Below are positions 48,503-58,959 of a stretch of DNA of 64,000 nucleotides, in pieces. How positions within the stretch are numbered: position 1 is the first letter of the stretch; every line of letters begins with the position of its first letter. The notes beneath the pieces are model-generated. The model worked only from the letters and a program-made list of their open reading frames with translations. It was not told the DNA's origin and did not search any database. Both the position numbers and the translations under genes were made by a program. The stretch covers positions 182,353 to 246,352 of the forward strand of contig CAZGQR010000001.1 of assembly GCA_964527765.1 (NCBI GenBank), in the 5' to 3' direction. The DNA comes from an uncultured Planctomycetia bacterium. GTDB taxonomy: Bacteria > Omnitrophota > Gorgyraeia > Tantalellales > Tantalellaceae.

Positions 48503-50269
48503 TTACCTCCCTTTTCTGAGTTTAAGCCCCAGCTCTCTCAGCTGCGCATCGTTAACGCTCGAAGGCGCTCCGGTGAGCGAGCAGATGCCTTTTTGCGTCT
48601 TCGGAAACGGAATAACTTCACGTATCGATGGGTCCCCGGTAAAAAGCGTGACCACCCTGTCCATGCCGAACGCTATGCCTCCATGCGGCGGAGGACCGTA
48701 ACGGAAAGCCTCAAGAAGAAAACCGAACCTTCTCCTGCATTCTTCGCTGCTCAGGCCCAGCGCGCCGAATATCTTCTCCTGTACGTCTCTTTTATGTATC
48801 CTTATGCTTCCCGACCCTATCTCGCTTCCGTTCAATACCAGGTCATAGGACCTGGATCTCACCTTCGCCAGCTCACCTTTCTCCAGAAACTCCATGTCCT
48901 CTTCTTTGAACCCGGTGAACGGGTGGTGTTCGGATACCCATCTGTTTTCATCCCTGTTGAACTTGAATAGCGGAAAATTGACCACCCAGAGAAAATCGAA
49001 CCTGTCGCTGTCTATAAGATCTTTTTCGCGGCCGATCTTCAGCCTTAATGCCCCCAGCGACTCGCACGCGACTTCCCTGGAATCGGCGACCATGAATATC
49101 ATATCCCCCGGCCTTGCGCCGGTCTCTTCGCGAAAAAGACGAAGCGTGTCCCGGGAAAAGAATTTCGTTACGGGCGAGGTAAGCTCTTTTTCCTCGACCT
49201 TGAAATATGCCAGCCCTTTGGCGCCGTACTCCCCCGCAAAAGCTGTCAGTTCATCTATTTTTTTGCGGCTTATATCTCCATAACCGGGCGCGGCCAGGGC
49301 CATCACCCTGCCGCCTGAAGAAACCGCGTTCTGAAAAACCTTGAAATCACACTTGCCTGCCGCCCGGGTAAGATCGTGCAGAAACACCTCAAATCTGGTA
49401 TCCGGCTTATCGGTGCCGTACCGGGTGAAGGCTTCTTCGTAATCCATCCTCACGAACGGTATCTTTATCTCGCGCCCCATCACTTCCGCGAAAAGCCCTT
49501 TGAACAGACGTTCACATACCTCCAGGATATCATCCTGCTCCACGAACGACATTTCCATGTCCAGCTGCGTAAACTCCGGCTGCCTGTCGGCCCTGAGATC
49601 CTCATCGCGGAAACATCGCACGATCTGAAAATATTTCTCCACTCCCGCCACCATGAGCAACTGCTTGAATATCTGGGGTGATTGGGGAAGGGCATAAAAA
49701 CTGCCCTGCTGCACCCTGGAAGGAACGAGATAATCGCGCGCGCCTTCCGGGGTGGATTTAGTGAGCACGGGTGTTTCCACGGAAACAAACTCCTCATCGT
49801 CAAGAAAATCCGTTACAAACCTGTAGATCTTATGTTTTATCAGGAGTTTTTTCTGCATGGGAGCACGCCTCAGGTCAAGATAGCGATATTTCAACCGGAC
49901 TTCCTCGGTAACATCGATCTTCTCCTTGACCTCAAAAGGCGGCGTGTCGGATTCCGAAAGGATCTCTATTTCCTTGATCTCTATCTCGATCTCTCCGGTA
50001 TTGATCTTCGGATTGACCGTTCCTTCGGGCCTTCTCGAAACTTTCCCGGTAACCTTCACGCAATATTCATTCCTGAGCTGGTGGGCTTTCCTGTGGGCAT
50101 CTTTGTTCTTTTCCGGGTCAAAGACTATCTGCGTCACGCCGTGCTTATCCCTGACGTCCATGAAAATTATCTCGCCGTGATCTCTTCTTGAAGCGATCCA
50201 CCCGCAAAGACAGACTTCCTTAGAAAGATCCTTTACGGTAAGTTCCCCGCAATTATGCGTTCGTATCAT
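48503..50269 (-). CDS. aspS: aspartate--tRNA ligase
   Basis: 588 aa. OB anticodon-binding N-terminus, class II motifs 1-3, GAD insertion. Confidence 0.9.
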   Translation of the reverse strand: MIRTHNCGELTVKDLSKEVCLCGWIASRRDHGEIIFMDVRDKHGVTQIVFDPEKNKDAHRKAHQLRNEYCVKVTGKVSRRPEGTVNPKINTGEIEIEIKEIEILSESDTPPFEVKEKIDVTEEVRLKYRYLDLRRAPMQKKLLIKHKIYRFVTDFLDDEEFVSVETPVLTKSTPEGARDYLVPSRVQQGSFYALPQSPQIFKQLLMVAGVEKYFQIVRCFRDEDLRADRQPEFTQLDMEMSFVEQDDILEVCERLFKGLFAEVMGREIKIPFVRMDYEEAFTRYGTDKPDTRFEVFLHDLTRAAGKCDFKVFQNAVSSGGRVMALAAPGYGDISRKKIDELTAFAGEYGAKGLAYFKVEEKELTSPVTKFFSRDTLRLFREETGARPGDMIFMVADSREVACESLGALRLKIGREKDLIDSDRFDFLWVVNFPLFKFNRDENRWVSEHHPFTGFKEEDMEFLEKGELAKVRSRSYDLVLNGSEIGSGSIRIHKRDVQEKIFGALGLSSEECRRRFGFLLEAFRYGPPPHGGIAFGMDRVVTLFTGDPSIREVIPFPKTQKGICSLTGAPSSVNDAQLRELGLKLRKGR

Positions 50270-51545
50270 ATTCGCCTTTCAAGCGCCTGAGAGCCCCCTC
50301 AAAAGACAGCGTTTTCTGCTCGCCGCTCTCCATGTCTTTGAGAAGCAGTTTCCCGCTTTTTATCTCTTCTTCGCCTATTATGATGACGAATTTCCTCCCG
50401 TCCTTATGGGCCTTGCGCATCTGCCCTTTGACCGACCGGCCGGAATGGTCCATCTCGCACGGCACGCCTCCGGCCCGCAATCTGTTGGTGCTACGGAATG
50501 CCTCCGGGCGTGATCCGTCATCTACGGGGATCACCAGGACCCCGGGCAGCGAATCCGAAAGGGCATTTTTCCCGTCAACGACAAGGAGCAACCTTTCAAC
50601 GCCGATAGCGTGTCCTGTCGCCCCCGCGTCCGGGCCTCCCATTTGTCTTGCAAGATTGTCATACCTGCCGCCTGCGGCTATCGCATCCTGCGCTCCCAGC
50701 GAAGGATGAACCACTTCGAATATTGTCCCCGTGTAGTAATCCAGCCCCCTCACCAGGTCTTTTTTCTCGCGAAAAGGCACTTTCATGTCCGAAAGGATCC
50801 CTTTCAGGGCGCGGTAGTCTTCCCGGCACCTTTTACACAGGTGATCCAGGATACCGGGAGCTTTTTTCACTATATCCTTGCACTCTTTTCTCTTGCAATC
50901 CAGCACGCGCAGCACGTTCCTCTTGACCCTTCTCCTGCAGTCATCGCACAAGCCGGAGCTTTTTGCGGCCAGGTAATCTGCCAGTGTTTTCTGGTAACCG
51001 GCCCGGTCTTTGTCGCATCCCAGCGAGTTAAGCAATATGGTAAAACCGTCGACCTTAAAGCTTTTCAAGAGCGCCTCAAGGTTGAGTATGATCTCGGCGT
51101 CCACGTAAGGCCCCGAAGCGCCTATTATTTCCGCCCCTATCTGGTGAAACTGCCTGAGGCGCCCTTTCTGAGGACGTTCCCCCCTGAACATGGGGCCAAA
51201 ATAATACAACTTGACCGTATCTCGCTTGTTATGCCAGCCGTGCTCTATATATGCCCGTATGATCGAAGCTGTTCCTTCGGGCCGAAGCGAGACATTCTTG
51301 CCTCCCCTGTCGGTGAAGGAATACATCTCCTTTTCGACTATATCCGTATCCTCTCCTATGCTGCGCGTAAAGACTTCCGTCTCTTCAAGAAGGGGAATAC
51401 GTATTTCATCATACCCGAACGTATGAAACACGCCCCGCGCCTTATCTTCTACCCAGCGCATCACGGCTGCTTTTTCGGGAAGAACATCGGGCATACCTCT
51501 AAGCGACTTGTACTTGAGCTCACCCACGCTAACCCCTATTCTCAC
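50253..51545 (-). CDS. hisS: histidine--tRNA ligase
   Basis: 430 aa. Class IIa motifs and HisRS-specific regions. The annotated start is GTG. The downstream MPDVLP Met is an alternative start. Confidence 0.9.
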   Translation of the reverse strand: MRIGVSVGELKYKSLRGMPDVLPEKAAVMRWVEDKARGVFHTFGYDEIRIPLLEETEVFTRSIGEDTDIVEKEMYSFTDRGGKNVSLRPEGTASIIRAYIEHGWHNKRDTVKLYYFGPMFRGERPQKGRLRQFHQIGAEIIGASGPYVDAEIILNLEALLKSFKVDGFTILLNSLGCDKDRAGYQKTLADYLAAKSSGLCDDCRRRVKRNVLRVLDCKRKECKDIVKKAPGILDHLCKRCREDYRALKGILSDMKVPFREKKDLVRGLDYYTGTIFEVVHPSLGAQDAIAAGGRYDNLARQMGGPDAGATGHAIGVERLLLVVDGKNALSDSLPGVLVIPVDDGSRPEAFRSTNRLRAGGVPCEMDHSGRSVKGQMRKAHKDGRKFVIIIGEEEIKSGKLLLKDMESGEQKTLSFEGALRRLKGEYDTNA

Positions 51546-51593
51546 AAAAGTAAATGGAACGGCCCTACTCCCGGCCTCACGCCACTACGGTAG

Positions 51594-51609
51594 ACCTGTC
51601 CCGCCTTTC
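51594..51609 (-). promoter_or_regulatory. recurrent motif instance B
   Basis: 12 nt after the HU stop. 39 nt upstream of ATTTACTTTTGTG at the hisS start. Confidence 0.3.
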
Positions 51610-51620
51610 ATGCCGTATTC

Positions 51621-51902
51621 TTATCGACCTTGCTCCACGTCCAGCTTCATTTTCATTCCCGGCTTAAAGGACACTACCTTTTTGTCGGGGATTGAAACAC
51701 TTTCACCTGTCCTGGGGTTCCTCCCCAATCTTCCCTTGCGGGTCTTTACCTTGAAAATGCCGAAGTTCCTCAGTTCGACCTTGTCATTGCGGCGGAGGCT
51801 TTCGATTATCATGTCGAAAGTGCGCTGCACGACTTCCTTGACTTCGACCTGTTTCAGGCCGGTCTCGTCGGAGATCTTCATGATGATGTCTTTCTTTGTC
51901 AT
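51621..51902 (-). CDS. HU/IHF-family nucleoid-associated DNA-binding protein
   Basis: 93 aa. NFGIFKVKTRKGRLGRNPRTGE arm motif. Confidence 0.8.
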   Translation of the reverse strand: MTKKDIIMKISDETGLKQVEVKEVVQRTFDMIIESLRRNDKVELRNFGIFKVKTRKGRLGRNPRTGESVSIPDKKVVSFKPGMKMKLDVEQGR

Positions 51903-51984
51903 ATATGCTCCCTTCCTTTAATGAGCTCACAACTTACGCGACTGAAAGGAGTGTAAGTTGTATGAGCGAATTAATCCGGCACTA

Positions 51985-52012
51985 ATTTTATAAAAAATCA
52001 GCGCCGGGTCAA
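51985..52012 (-). promoter_or_regulatory. sigma70-like promoter for the HU gene (TTGACC-16-TAAAAT)
   Basis: Minus sense TTGACCcggcgctgattttttaTAAAAT. A second TTGACA-17-TAACAT lies further upstream near 52090-52125. Confidence 0.4.
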
Positions 52013-52128
52013 GCTCGGCCAGTGGACTCATGTTTGCTCGCTTTGCTCGCTCCATAAGTCCGGGGCTCACTTGATAAGTCCTTATGTTATCATTGGTTAT
52101 GCATTGTGTCAACGTCAAAAAGACGTTT

Positions 52129-55100
52129 CTACCTTGTCAGGAATTTCACATTCCCTATGCCGACTATCGTTTCAACCTTGTCGACCAGTTCCTTGGTCGG
52201 ATGAACGAACAGCTCACTATCCGTGGAAAGCCGGACTTTGCGTCCTTCCGGAGAAACAAACTCTATAAATACCGGGGTCTTGCCCTTGAACGATTCGATC
52301 GCTCTTTTGATCTTTTTCATCATCCGGTCTTCAAGGCCGGTCGTGGATATCTTAATAAGAACTGCCTTGGTGAACTTTTCCTTCACTTTCTCCAGCGCTA
52401 TGATCTCTTCTGCTATTATCTTTGGTTCTTCCTCGCGGAGACTGAGCCGGCCATGCACGTACACCATTTTATCTTCCTTCGCGAGCTCGGGGGCCTTTCT
52501 GTACGTCTTCGGAAAAACAAGCACTTCGACAAAATTATCAAGATCCTCCAGGCTGAGTATCGCCATCTTCTCCGACTTCTTACGCGTAACGGTCGTTCTG
52601 ACTTTGCTCACTATTCCCCCTATCAAGACCTTCTGCCCGTCGGACAGGCCCGATAATTCGGATATCTTGCAGGTCGAATACGCGCTAAGGAGTCTTTCGA
52701 ACCTGGCCAGGGGATGCTTGGTAATATAAAAACCCAGCATCTCTTTTTCGTTCGCAAGAAGCTCATGTTCCGGCCATTCCGGTATATCGGGCATATCCTG
52801 AAAATTATCCTTGAAACTTTCATCCGTGTTGGTGTCGTCAAAAAATGACATCTGCCCGAGATCCCTGTCCTTGTTGGCCTTGGCGGCCATGGCCAGGACC
52901 TTGTCCAGCACCGCCATCGCCTGGGACCGGCGTATGCCTATAGAATCAAAGGCTCCGCACTTTATGAGGCTTTCCAGGACCTTTCTGTTGACCGTCCTGA
53001 GATCGACCTTCCGCGTGAAATCATATATGGACTCGAATTTTCCGTCATTTTGTCGCGTGGCTATGATCGATTCAGCGGCGCCTTCTCCCACGTTCTTCAC
53101 GGCTGAAAGCCCGAACCTGATGTCTTTCCCGACAACCGTGAAATCCTTGAAGCTTTCGTTGACGTCCGGCGGCAATATGTCTATGGTCATGCGGATAGCC
53201 TCGTTTATATAATCCGCTATCTTATCGGAATTGTTTTTCTCGCTTGTCAGAAGCGCCGTCATGAACTCGACGGGATAATTCGCCTTGAGATATGCCGTTC
53301 TGTAACTGACCATGGCATACGCCGCGCTGTGCGATTTGTTGAACCCGTATCCGGCGAAATAAGCTATAAAGTCCCATATCTTCTCGGCCGTCAAACTGTC
53401 AACACCGTTCTTCTTGGCGCCTTCCATGAACTTCACTTTGATCCCCGCCATCGCCTCCGGGTTTTTCTTGGACATTATCTTCCTCACGTCATCCGCTTCT
53501 GCCATGTTGAAACCGGCAAGGGCGGAAACGATCTGCATCACCTGTTCCTGGAAGACTATTATCCCGTATGTCTCTTTCAGTATCGGCTCAAGCATCGGAT
53601 GATCGTACTTGACATCAATGTGCCCCTGTTTCCTTTTTATGAAATCGTCCAGCATTCCGCTTCCCATGGGCCCGGGCCGATAGAGCGCCAGGATCGCTAT
53701 CAGGTCCTCGAACCTCCCGGGGTTAAGTTTCCTCAGCAGGTCCCGCATCCCGCCCGACTCAAGCTGGAACACGCCCGCGGTCTCTGCCCTCTGCAGGAGC
53801 TCGAACGTCGGTTTATCGTCAAGGGGGATCTTATCGATATCGATATCTTCTTCTCTGGTGCGTTTCACGATCTTGAGCGTATGGTCGATCACCGTCAGCG
53901 TTTTCAGGCCCAAAAAATCCATCTTCAGCATGCCTATCTTTTCCAGCGATTTCATGGCAAAACCGGTGCTTACCTGGTCATCCGTCGTTTTAAAAAGAGG
54001 GATGCGTTTCTGCAGGGGCTTGTCCGATATCACTACGCCGGCCGCATGCGTTGAGGCGTGGCGGTTGAGACCTTCCAGTCGCTCCGATATATCTATGAGT
54101 TGGCGGACCACGGGATCATCCTCATACCGATCATTAAGTTCGGGCTCGATCTCCAGTGCCCTCTCCAGGGTTATGCCGGGATCGTTGGGAACAAGCTTCG
54201 CTATTTTATCCACTTCAGCGTAAGGTATGCTCATAACGCGCCCCACGTCCCTCAGGACACCTTTGGCCATCATGGTCCCGAACGTGATTATCTGGGCCAC
54301 GTTTTCCTTGGAATATTTCTCGATCACATAATCTATGACCTCGCTTCTTTTCTCAAAGCAAAAATCTATGTCGATATCAGGCATGGTAACCCTTTCGGGA
54401 TTAAGAAACCTTTCAAATATGAGACCGTACTTGAGCGGGTCCAGGTCGGTGATCCCCAGGGCATAGCTTACAATGCTGCCGGCCGCGGAGCCCCTGCCCG
54501 GCCCCACGGGTATGCCTTTTTCCTTCGCATGGCTGATAAAGTCCCAGACTATGAGAAAATAACTTACGTACCCGGAGGAGCGGATGATCTTCAATTCGTG
54601 TTCAACGCGTTCCCTGACCTCGTCCGTGATCGTCTCATATCGCTTTTTGATCCCCTCGCTGACAAGGCGGTTGAAAAAGGCGGTATTTTCCTCGTTTCCC
54701 GGAGCCTGAAAATGAGGAAGATGCAGCTCGTTGAAATCAAGCTCCAGCTGGCACATCTCCGCGATCTTCACGGTATTCGTCACGGCTTCCGGCACGTCGG
54801 AAAAGGCGTTCTGCATTTCCTCGGGAGATTTGAAATATAACTGGTCGGTCTGGAACCTCATACGGTTAGGATCGTCCAGCGTGGCCTGGGTCTGGATACA
54901 TAAAAGCGCTTCATGCGCTTTCGCGTCGCTTTTGTCCAGATAGTGCACATCGTTAGTGGCTACCAGGGGCAGGTCCAGTTCGCGCGCGAGTTTGATCATC
55001 TCGGCATTGACCTTATACTGCTGTTCGAACTGATTATCCTGCACTTCAAGGTAAAAATTGTCCCTGCCGAATATGTCCGCGTATTCTGACGCGGTCTTTC

Positions 55101-55581
55101 TTGCCTGTTCCCCCTGGTCCGACAGGAGAAGATGTGCTATCTCGCCCCTGAGGCAGGCTGACAGGGCGATCAGGCCTTTTGAGCATCTGGCGAGCACTTC
55201 CTTGTCCACCCTGGGCCTGTAATAAAAACCTTCCAGGTAACCGATAGAAACGATCTCCATTAAATTCCTGTACCCGGTCATGTTCCTGGCCAGAAGGACC
55301 AGGTGATATGATGCCCCCCTGATCCCGTGACTTGTCTTATCGAAACGGCTTTCCGGGGCCACATATATCTCGCATCCGATAATGGGCTTGATCCCTCTTC
55401 TCCTGGCTTTTTCATAAAATTCAATAACGCCGAACATGTTCCCGTGATCGGTTATCGCGCATGCCGGCATGTTATATTTATTGGCAAGGTCAAGCAGTTC
55501 GTCGAGTCGGCATGCGCCGTCAAGAAGGCTGTACTGGGTATGGACATGCAAATGCACAAAGTTGGACTGCGGTTCTGTCAT
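52129..55581 (-). CDS. dnaE: DNA polymerase III alpha subunit
   Basis: 1150 aa. PHP N-terminus HVHTQYSLLDG, polymerase core, OB-fold C-terminus. Confidence 0.9.
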   Translation of the reverse strand: MTEPQSNFVHLHVHTQYSLLDGACRLDELLDLANKYNMPACAITDHGNMFGVIEFYEKARRRGIKPIIGCEIYVAPESRFDKTSHGIRGASYHLVLLARNMTGYRNLMEIVSIGYLEGFYYRPRVDKEVLARCSKGLIALSACLRGEIAHLLLSDQGEQARKTASEYADIFGRDNFYLEVQDNQFEQQYKVNAEMIKLARELDLPLVATNDVHYLDKSDAKAHEALLCIQTQATLDDPNRMRFQTDQLYFKSPEEMQNAFSDVPEAVTNTVKIAEMCQLELDFNELHLPHFQAPGNEENTAFFNRLVSEGIKKRYETITDEVRERVEHELKIIRSSGYVSYFLIVWDFISHAKEKGIPVGPGRGSAAGSIVSYALGITDLDPLKYGLIFERFLNPERVTMPDIDIDFCFEKRSEVIDYVIEKYSKENVAQIITFGTMMAKGVLRDVGRVMSIPYAEVDKIAKLVPNDPGITLERALEIEPELNDRYEDDPVVRQLIDISERLEGLNRHASTHAAGVVISDKPLQKRIPLFKTTDDQVSTGFAMKSLEKIGMLKMDFLGLKTLTVIDHTLKIVKRTREEDIDIDKIPLDDKPTFELLQRAETAGVFQLESGGMRDLLRKLNPGRFEDLIAILALYRPGPMGSGMLDDFIKRKQGHIDVKYDHPMLEPILKETYGIIVFQEQVMQIVSALAGFNMAEADDVRKIMSKKNPEAMAGIKVKFMEGAKKNGVDSLTAEKIWDFIAYFAGYGFNKSHSAAYAMVSYRTAYLKANYPVEFMTALLTSEKNNSDKIADYINEAIRMTIDILPPDVNESFKDFTVVGKDIRFGLSAVKNVGEGAAESIIATRQNDGKFESIYDFTRKVDLRTVNRKVLESLIKCGAFDSIGIRRSQAMAVLDKVLAMAAKANKDRDLGQMSFFDDTNTDESFKDNFQDMPDIPEWPEHELLANEKEMLGFYITKHPLARFERLLSAYSTCKISELSGLSDGQKVLIGGIVSKVRTTVTRKKSEKMAILSLEDLDNFVEVLVFPKTYRKAPELAKEDKMVYVHGRLSLREEEPKIIAEEIIALEKVKEKFTKAVLIKISTTGLEDRMMKKIKRAIESFKGKTPVFIEFVSPEGRKVRLSTDSELFVHPTKELVDKVETIVGIGNVKFLTR

Positions 55582-55634
55582 GGTTTTGGTGCGGTTTTTA
55601 GAAATAATAACTCATTGACCCGGACATGATAGGA

Positions 55635-56795
55635 TCATTTTCGCATCCCGACACGCTGGGCGGTCTGGTAGACTTTTCCCTCCGTCTGGATCGAAGGCGC
55701 TATGATCATATCTACGTGCTGCATCTCGCGGATATTGTGCGCCCCGAGATTGCCCATGCTCGTAGCAAGAGCACCTACAAGATTTTGCGTGCCGTCGTCG
55801 AGCCGGGCGGGACCGTACAGGATCTCTTCGAGCGTACTCGTAGTGCCTACCTCTATACGGGTTCCTCTCGGAAGAGAAGGATGAGGCATTGCCATGCCCC
55901 AGTGATAACCTCTGCCGGGTGCTTCGGTAGCCCTGGCAAAAGCGTTGCCCAGCATAACGGCATCGGCGCCCGCGGCAAATGCTTTACAAATATCACCGCC
56001 GGTGGCCATACCGCCATCGGTGATTATCGGGATATACTTGCCGGTTTCTTTGTAATAAAAATCCCTGGCAGCGGCGCAATCACAGGTCGCGGTGATCTGC
56101 GGCACGCCTATCCCGAGAACCCCGCGTGAAGTACACGCCGTTCCCGGTCCGATACCGACAAAGATCCCCTGACATCCGGTCTTCATAAGTTCGGTAGCTA
56201 CGTCGTAGCTGACGCAATTACCGAAAAGTACGGGTATCTTCATCTTTCCGCAGAACTTGGTAAGATCCAGGGGTTTATATTTGTTCGACTCGTGTTTTAT
56301 GCTGATAACAGTGGACTGGACTGCAAAGATATCGCATCCCGCATCCTGCGCGATGGGACCGAATCTTTCAGCCACCTGGGGATTACAACTGACGACCGCG
56401 GGCGCACCGGCGGCTTTTATCTCTTTGATCCTCTTGGTTATGAGGTCTTCCTTGATCGGTTCGGAATAAACATCCTGTATGGCCTTGGTGCTTTCCTTCG
56501 CATCGCAGTTCACGATCTTTTCGATAGCTCCGGAAGGATCGTTATATCTGGTCGAAATGCCTTCAAGATGCAGAACGGCTATCCCTCCAAGCTTGCCCAT
56601 CGCTATGGCGAAATTAACATCCACTACACCGTCCATCGAAGATGCCATTATCGGGACCTGAAATTTTATCCCCCCTATCTCGCAGGAAGTATCGACATCA
56701 TCAGGGTTTATCGTAAGGTTGCCCGGAACCAGAGAGACCTCGTCAAAACCGTAACTGCGCCTGGCTTTTCGCCCCATACCGATCCACATTCCCAT
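55635..56795 (-). CDS. IMP dehydrogenase/GMP reductase-family protein lacking CBS pair
   Basis: Start placed at MGMWIG (SD GAGGAGG 6 nt upstream) rather than the 56879 ORF start. Begins YGFDEVSLVPG like IMPDH. Catalytic-loop-like GIGPGTACTSR. Confidence 0.7.
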   Translation of the reverse strand: MGMWIGMGRKARRSYGFDEVSLVPGNLTINPDDVDTSCEIGGIKFQVPIMASSMDGVVDVNFAIAMGKLGGIAVLHLEGISTRYNDPSGAIEKIVNCDAKESTKAIQDVYSEPIKEDLITKRIKEIKAAGAPAVVSCNPQVAERFGPIAQDAGCDIFAVQSTVISIKHESNKYKPLDLTKFCGKMKIPVLFGNCVSYDVATELMKTGCQGIFVGIGPGTACTSRGVLGIGVPQITATCDCAAARDFYYKETGKYIPIITDGGMATGGDICKAFAAGADAVMLGNAFARATEAPGRGYHWGMAMPHPSLPRGTRIEVGTTSTLEEILYGPARLDDGTQNLVGALATSMGNLGAHNIREMQHVDMIIAPSIQTEGKVYQTAQRVGMRK

Positions 56796-57010
56796 AATTG
56801 CCTCCTCTATCAAAATTTGGTCCTTCGGCCGGCCTTCTGATGTAATCGGCCGCCTTCGGCCCCTTCGGGCTGTTGGCAAACACAGCCAAATTTTTTTAAT
56901 GGGGAACCAATGGTTCCCCCTTAATGTTCCCCCTCCTTCATTGGAAGGGCCTCTGTGCTACCGACACATGTGCCGGCTCTATGTTAATATCAAATAAAGA
57001 TTTAGATAGT

Positions 57011-57039
57011 ATGATACAAAAGAGAGAGGTATTTGTCAA
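57011..57039 (-). promoter_or_regulatory. sigma70 promoter (TTGACA-17-TATCAT) giving a ~200-nt structured leader
   Basis: Minus sense ATTGACAaatacctctctcttttgTATCAT. The leader contains hairpins GGGGAACC-ATT-GGTTCCCC and GGCTGT-GTTTGCCA-ACAGCC. Confidence 0.45.
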
Positions 57040-57143
57040 TAGCAGCACTAATCAATAGCCGGTACCCGGGTTTAAGCCGCGGGTGCATTGTTTCCGAAGG
57101 ATAAGGACTTGTATCGTTGGAACATCGGCTGAAAAGCGCGATA

Positions 57144-58838
57144 TCAGAAGGAAGCCTGTTCGGCTGCCACAGGTGCCTGTTCGTGGCCTTTCCATCTCAT
57201 CTCGCTGATCACGCCCTGGGCCACGTTGGTAAGATGGTCGCCTATTTTCTCCAGGTTATCGACAAAATCCATAAAAACGATCCCTGACCTCAGGTCGCAA
57301 AGGCCGTTATTAAGCCGGTTCACATGCGACTTCTTAAGATTCTCCTGGAATTTATTCACCTGCTGTTCCCTTTTTAATACATCTTCGGCTATGCGCGGAT
57401 CGTTCTTCTTTAGTGCCGCTTCCGCCTCTATCATCATGCTGTTCAGCTCATTCCACATCAAATTAAGTTCCTTGATGGCATCATCGGTGAACGGAAGCTT
57501 CTTTTCTATCTTGCGTTCGGCAAGTTCCACGATATTCTCGGAATGGTCCCCTATCCTCTCAATATCATTGACGTTGTGGATCAAAACAGGAAGTTCTTCC
57601 GATTCCTGCTGGCTGAGGGTCCTCTGCGAAAGTTCGACAAGGTACTGCGTGATCTCCGACTGGAGATTATCAACGGCCTGTTCCAGTTTCGTCACCGGTT
57701 TTAAGGCATTGATGTCGTTCTCGAGAAAACCTTTAACTGCGCTTGATACCGACTTGCGGGCCAGGCCCATCATCCAGACGGTCTCCCTGCGGGCCTGTTC
57801 CATGGCGATGGGCGGCGTTTCCAGCAGGTGTTTCTCAAGATACTGCGGCCCCGCCTCAATAGCTCCTTTTCTTTTGGGAACGAGAAAAATGCTCGCTTTC
57901 TCAAGAAGCCCGATAAACGGCAGAAAAAGACAGGCGTTGAAGATCTTAAAAACACTGTTGGCGACAGCGATATGGAACATAACATTTTTAAGAGTGATCT
58001 CACCGGGAATAATGAAGTCTATCGCCTTCACGAACCATCCTGTATAGACAAAAACAAGCATATAACCAACACCTATGACGTTAAACAGGGTATGCGACAT
58101 GGCCGCCCGTCTTGCCGGCAGATTCGTGCCCACGGCCGCCAGCTGCGCGGTGATGGTCGTCCCTATATCATCGCCGAGCACCAGGGGAATGGCGGCGGGA
58201 AAACTTATAAGACCGTTAAAAGCCATGACCTGGACTATAGCTATGGTCGCGCTGGAGGACTGGATCAGCATGGTGACAAGCATGCCTACAAGCACACCCA
58301 GGATGGGGTTATCGCTAAAGCTAATAAACAGGTCTTTTACGTGCTGACTTTGCTTCAGGGGCTCGAAGGCGTCTTTCATGAACCCCAGCCCCACAAAAAG
58401 AAGACCGAACCCCATGATCGTCTGTCCCCAGAATTTGGTATTTTTGGTCCGGCCGAATGTCTTGACGGCAAAACCAATGCCGATGATCGGAAGAGCGTAA
58501 TTGGTGATCCTGAAAACCGACATGGAAGAGACGAGCCACGCGGTAAATGTCGTCCCGATATTCGCCCCCATCACCACGCTTATGGCCTGTTTTAGCGCAA
58601 GAAGTCCGGCATTGACAAACCCGACGACCATGACCGTGGTGGCACTTGAGGACTGGATCAGACAGGTTATCGCAGCTCCGACCAGAATTCCGAGAACAGG
58701 GAGCTTCGTAACTATGCGGAGGATATTCTTGAGACGGTCACCGGCTATTTTCTTGAGCCCTTCGGACATGGTCTGCATCCCGAAAAAGAAAAGCCCGAGA
58801 CCGCCTATAAGCATGAATATCAGATGAACACTCATCAC
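57144..58838 (-). CDS. Na+/phosphate cotransporter (PNaS/NptA family) fused to PhoU-like domains
   Basis: 564 aa. Duplicated QSSSAT transporter repeats. C-terminal PhoU-like helices with two D..RIGDH motifs. Confidence 0.75.
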   Translation of the reverse strand: MMSVHLIFMLIGGLGLFFFGMQTMSEGLKKIAGDRLKNILRIVTKLPVLGILVGAAITCLIQSSSATTVMVVGFVNAGLLALKQAISVVMGANIGTTFTAWLVSSMSVFRITNYALPIIGIGFAVKTFGRTKNTKFWGQTIMGFGLLFVGLGFMKDAFEPLKQSQHVKDLFISFSDNPILGVLVGMLVTMLIQSSSATIAIVQVMAFNGLISFPAAIPLVLGDDIGTTITAQLAAVGTNLPARRAAMSHTLFNVIGVGYMLVFVYTGWFVKAIDFIIPGEITLKNVMFHIAVANSVFKIFNACLFLPFIGLLEKASIFLVPKRKGAIEAGPQYLEKHLLETPPIAMEQARRETVWMMGLARKSVSSAVKGFLENDINALKPVTKLEQAVDNLQSEITQYLVELSQRTLSQQESEELPVLIHNVNDIERIGDHSENIVELAERKIEKKLPFTDDAIKELNLMWNELNSMMIEAEAALKKNDPRIAEDVLKREQQVNKFQENLKKSHVNRLNNGLCDLRSGIVFMDFVDNLEKIGDHLTNVAQGVISEMRWKGHEQAPVAAEQASF

Positions 58839-58959
58839 TTCTTATTTTCTGATATATTGTATTGTTATTAGTCTTGTTAAGGAAGTCATCACTGTCAGGC
58901 ATAAGTTAACATGAAGCATTGACGGTGTCAAGGGGGAAAACCTGAAAGCAGAGATCGGA

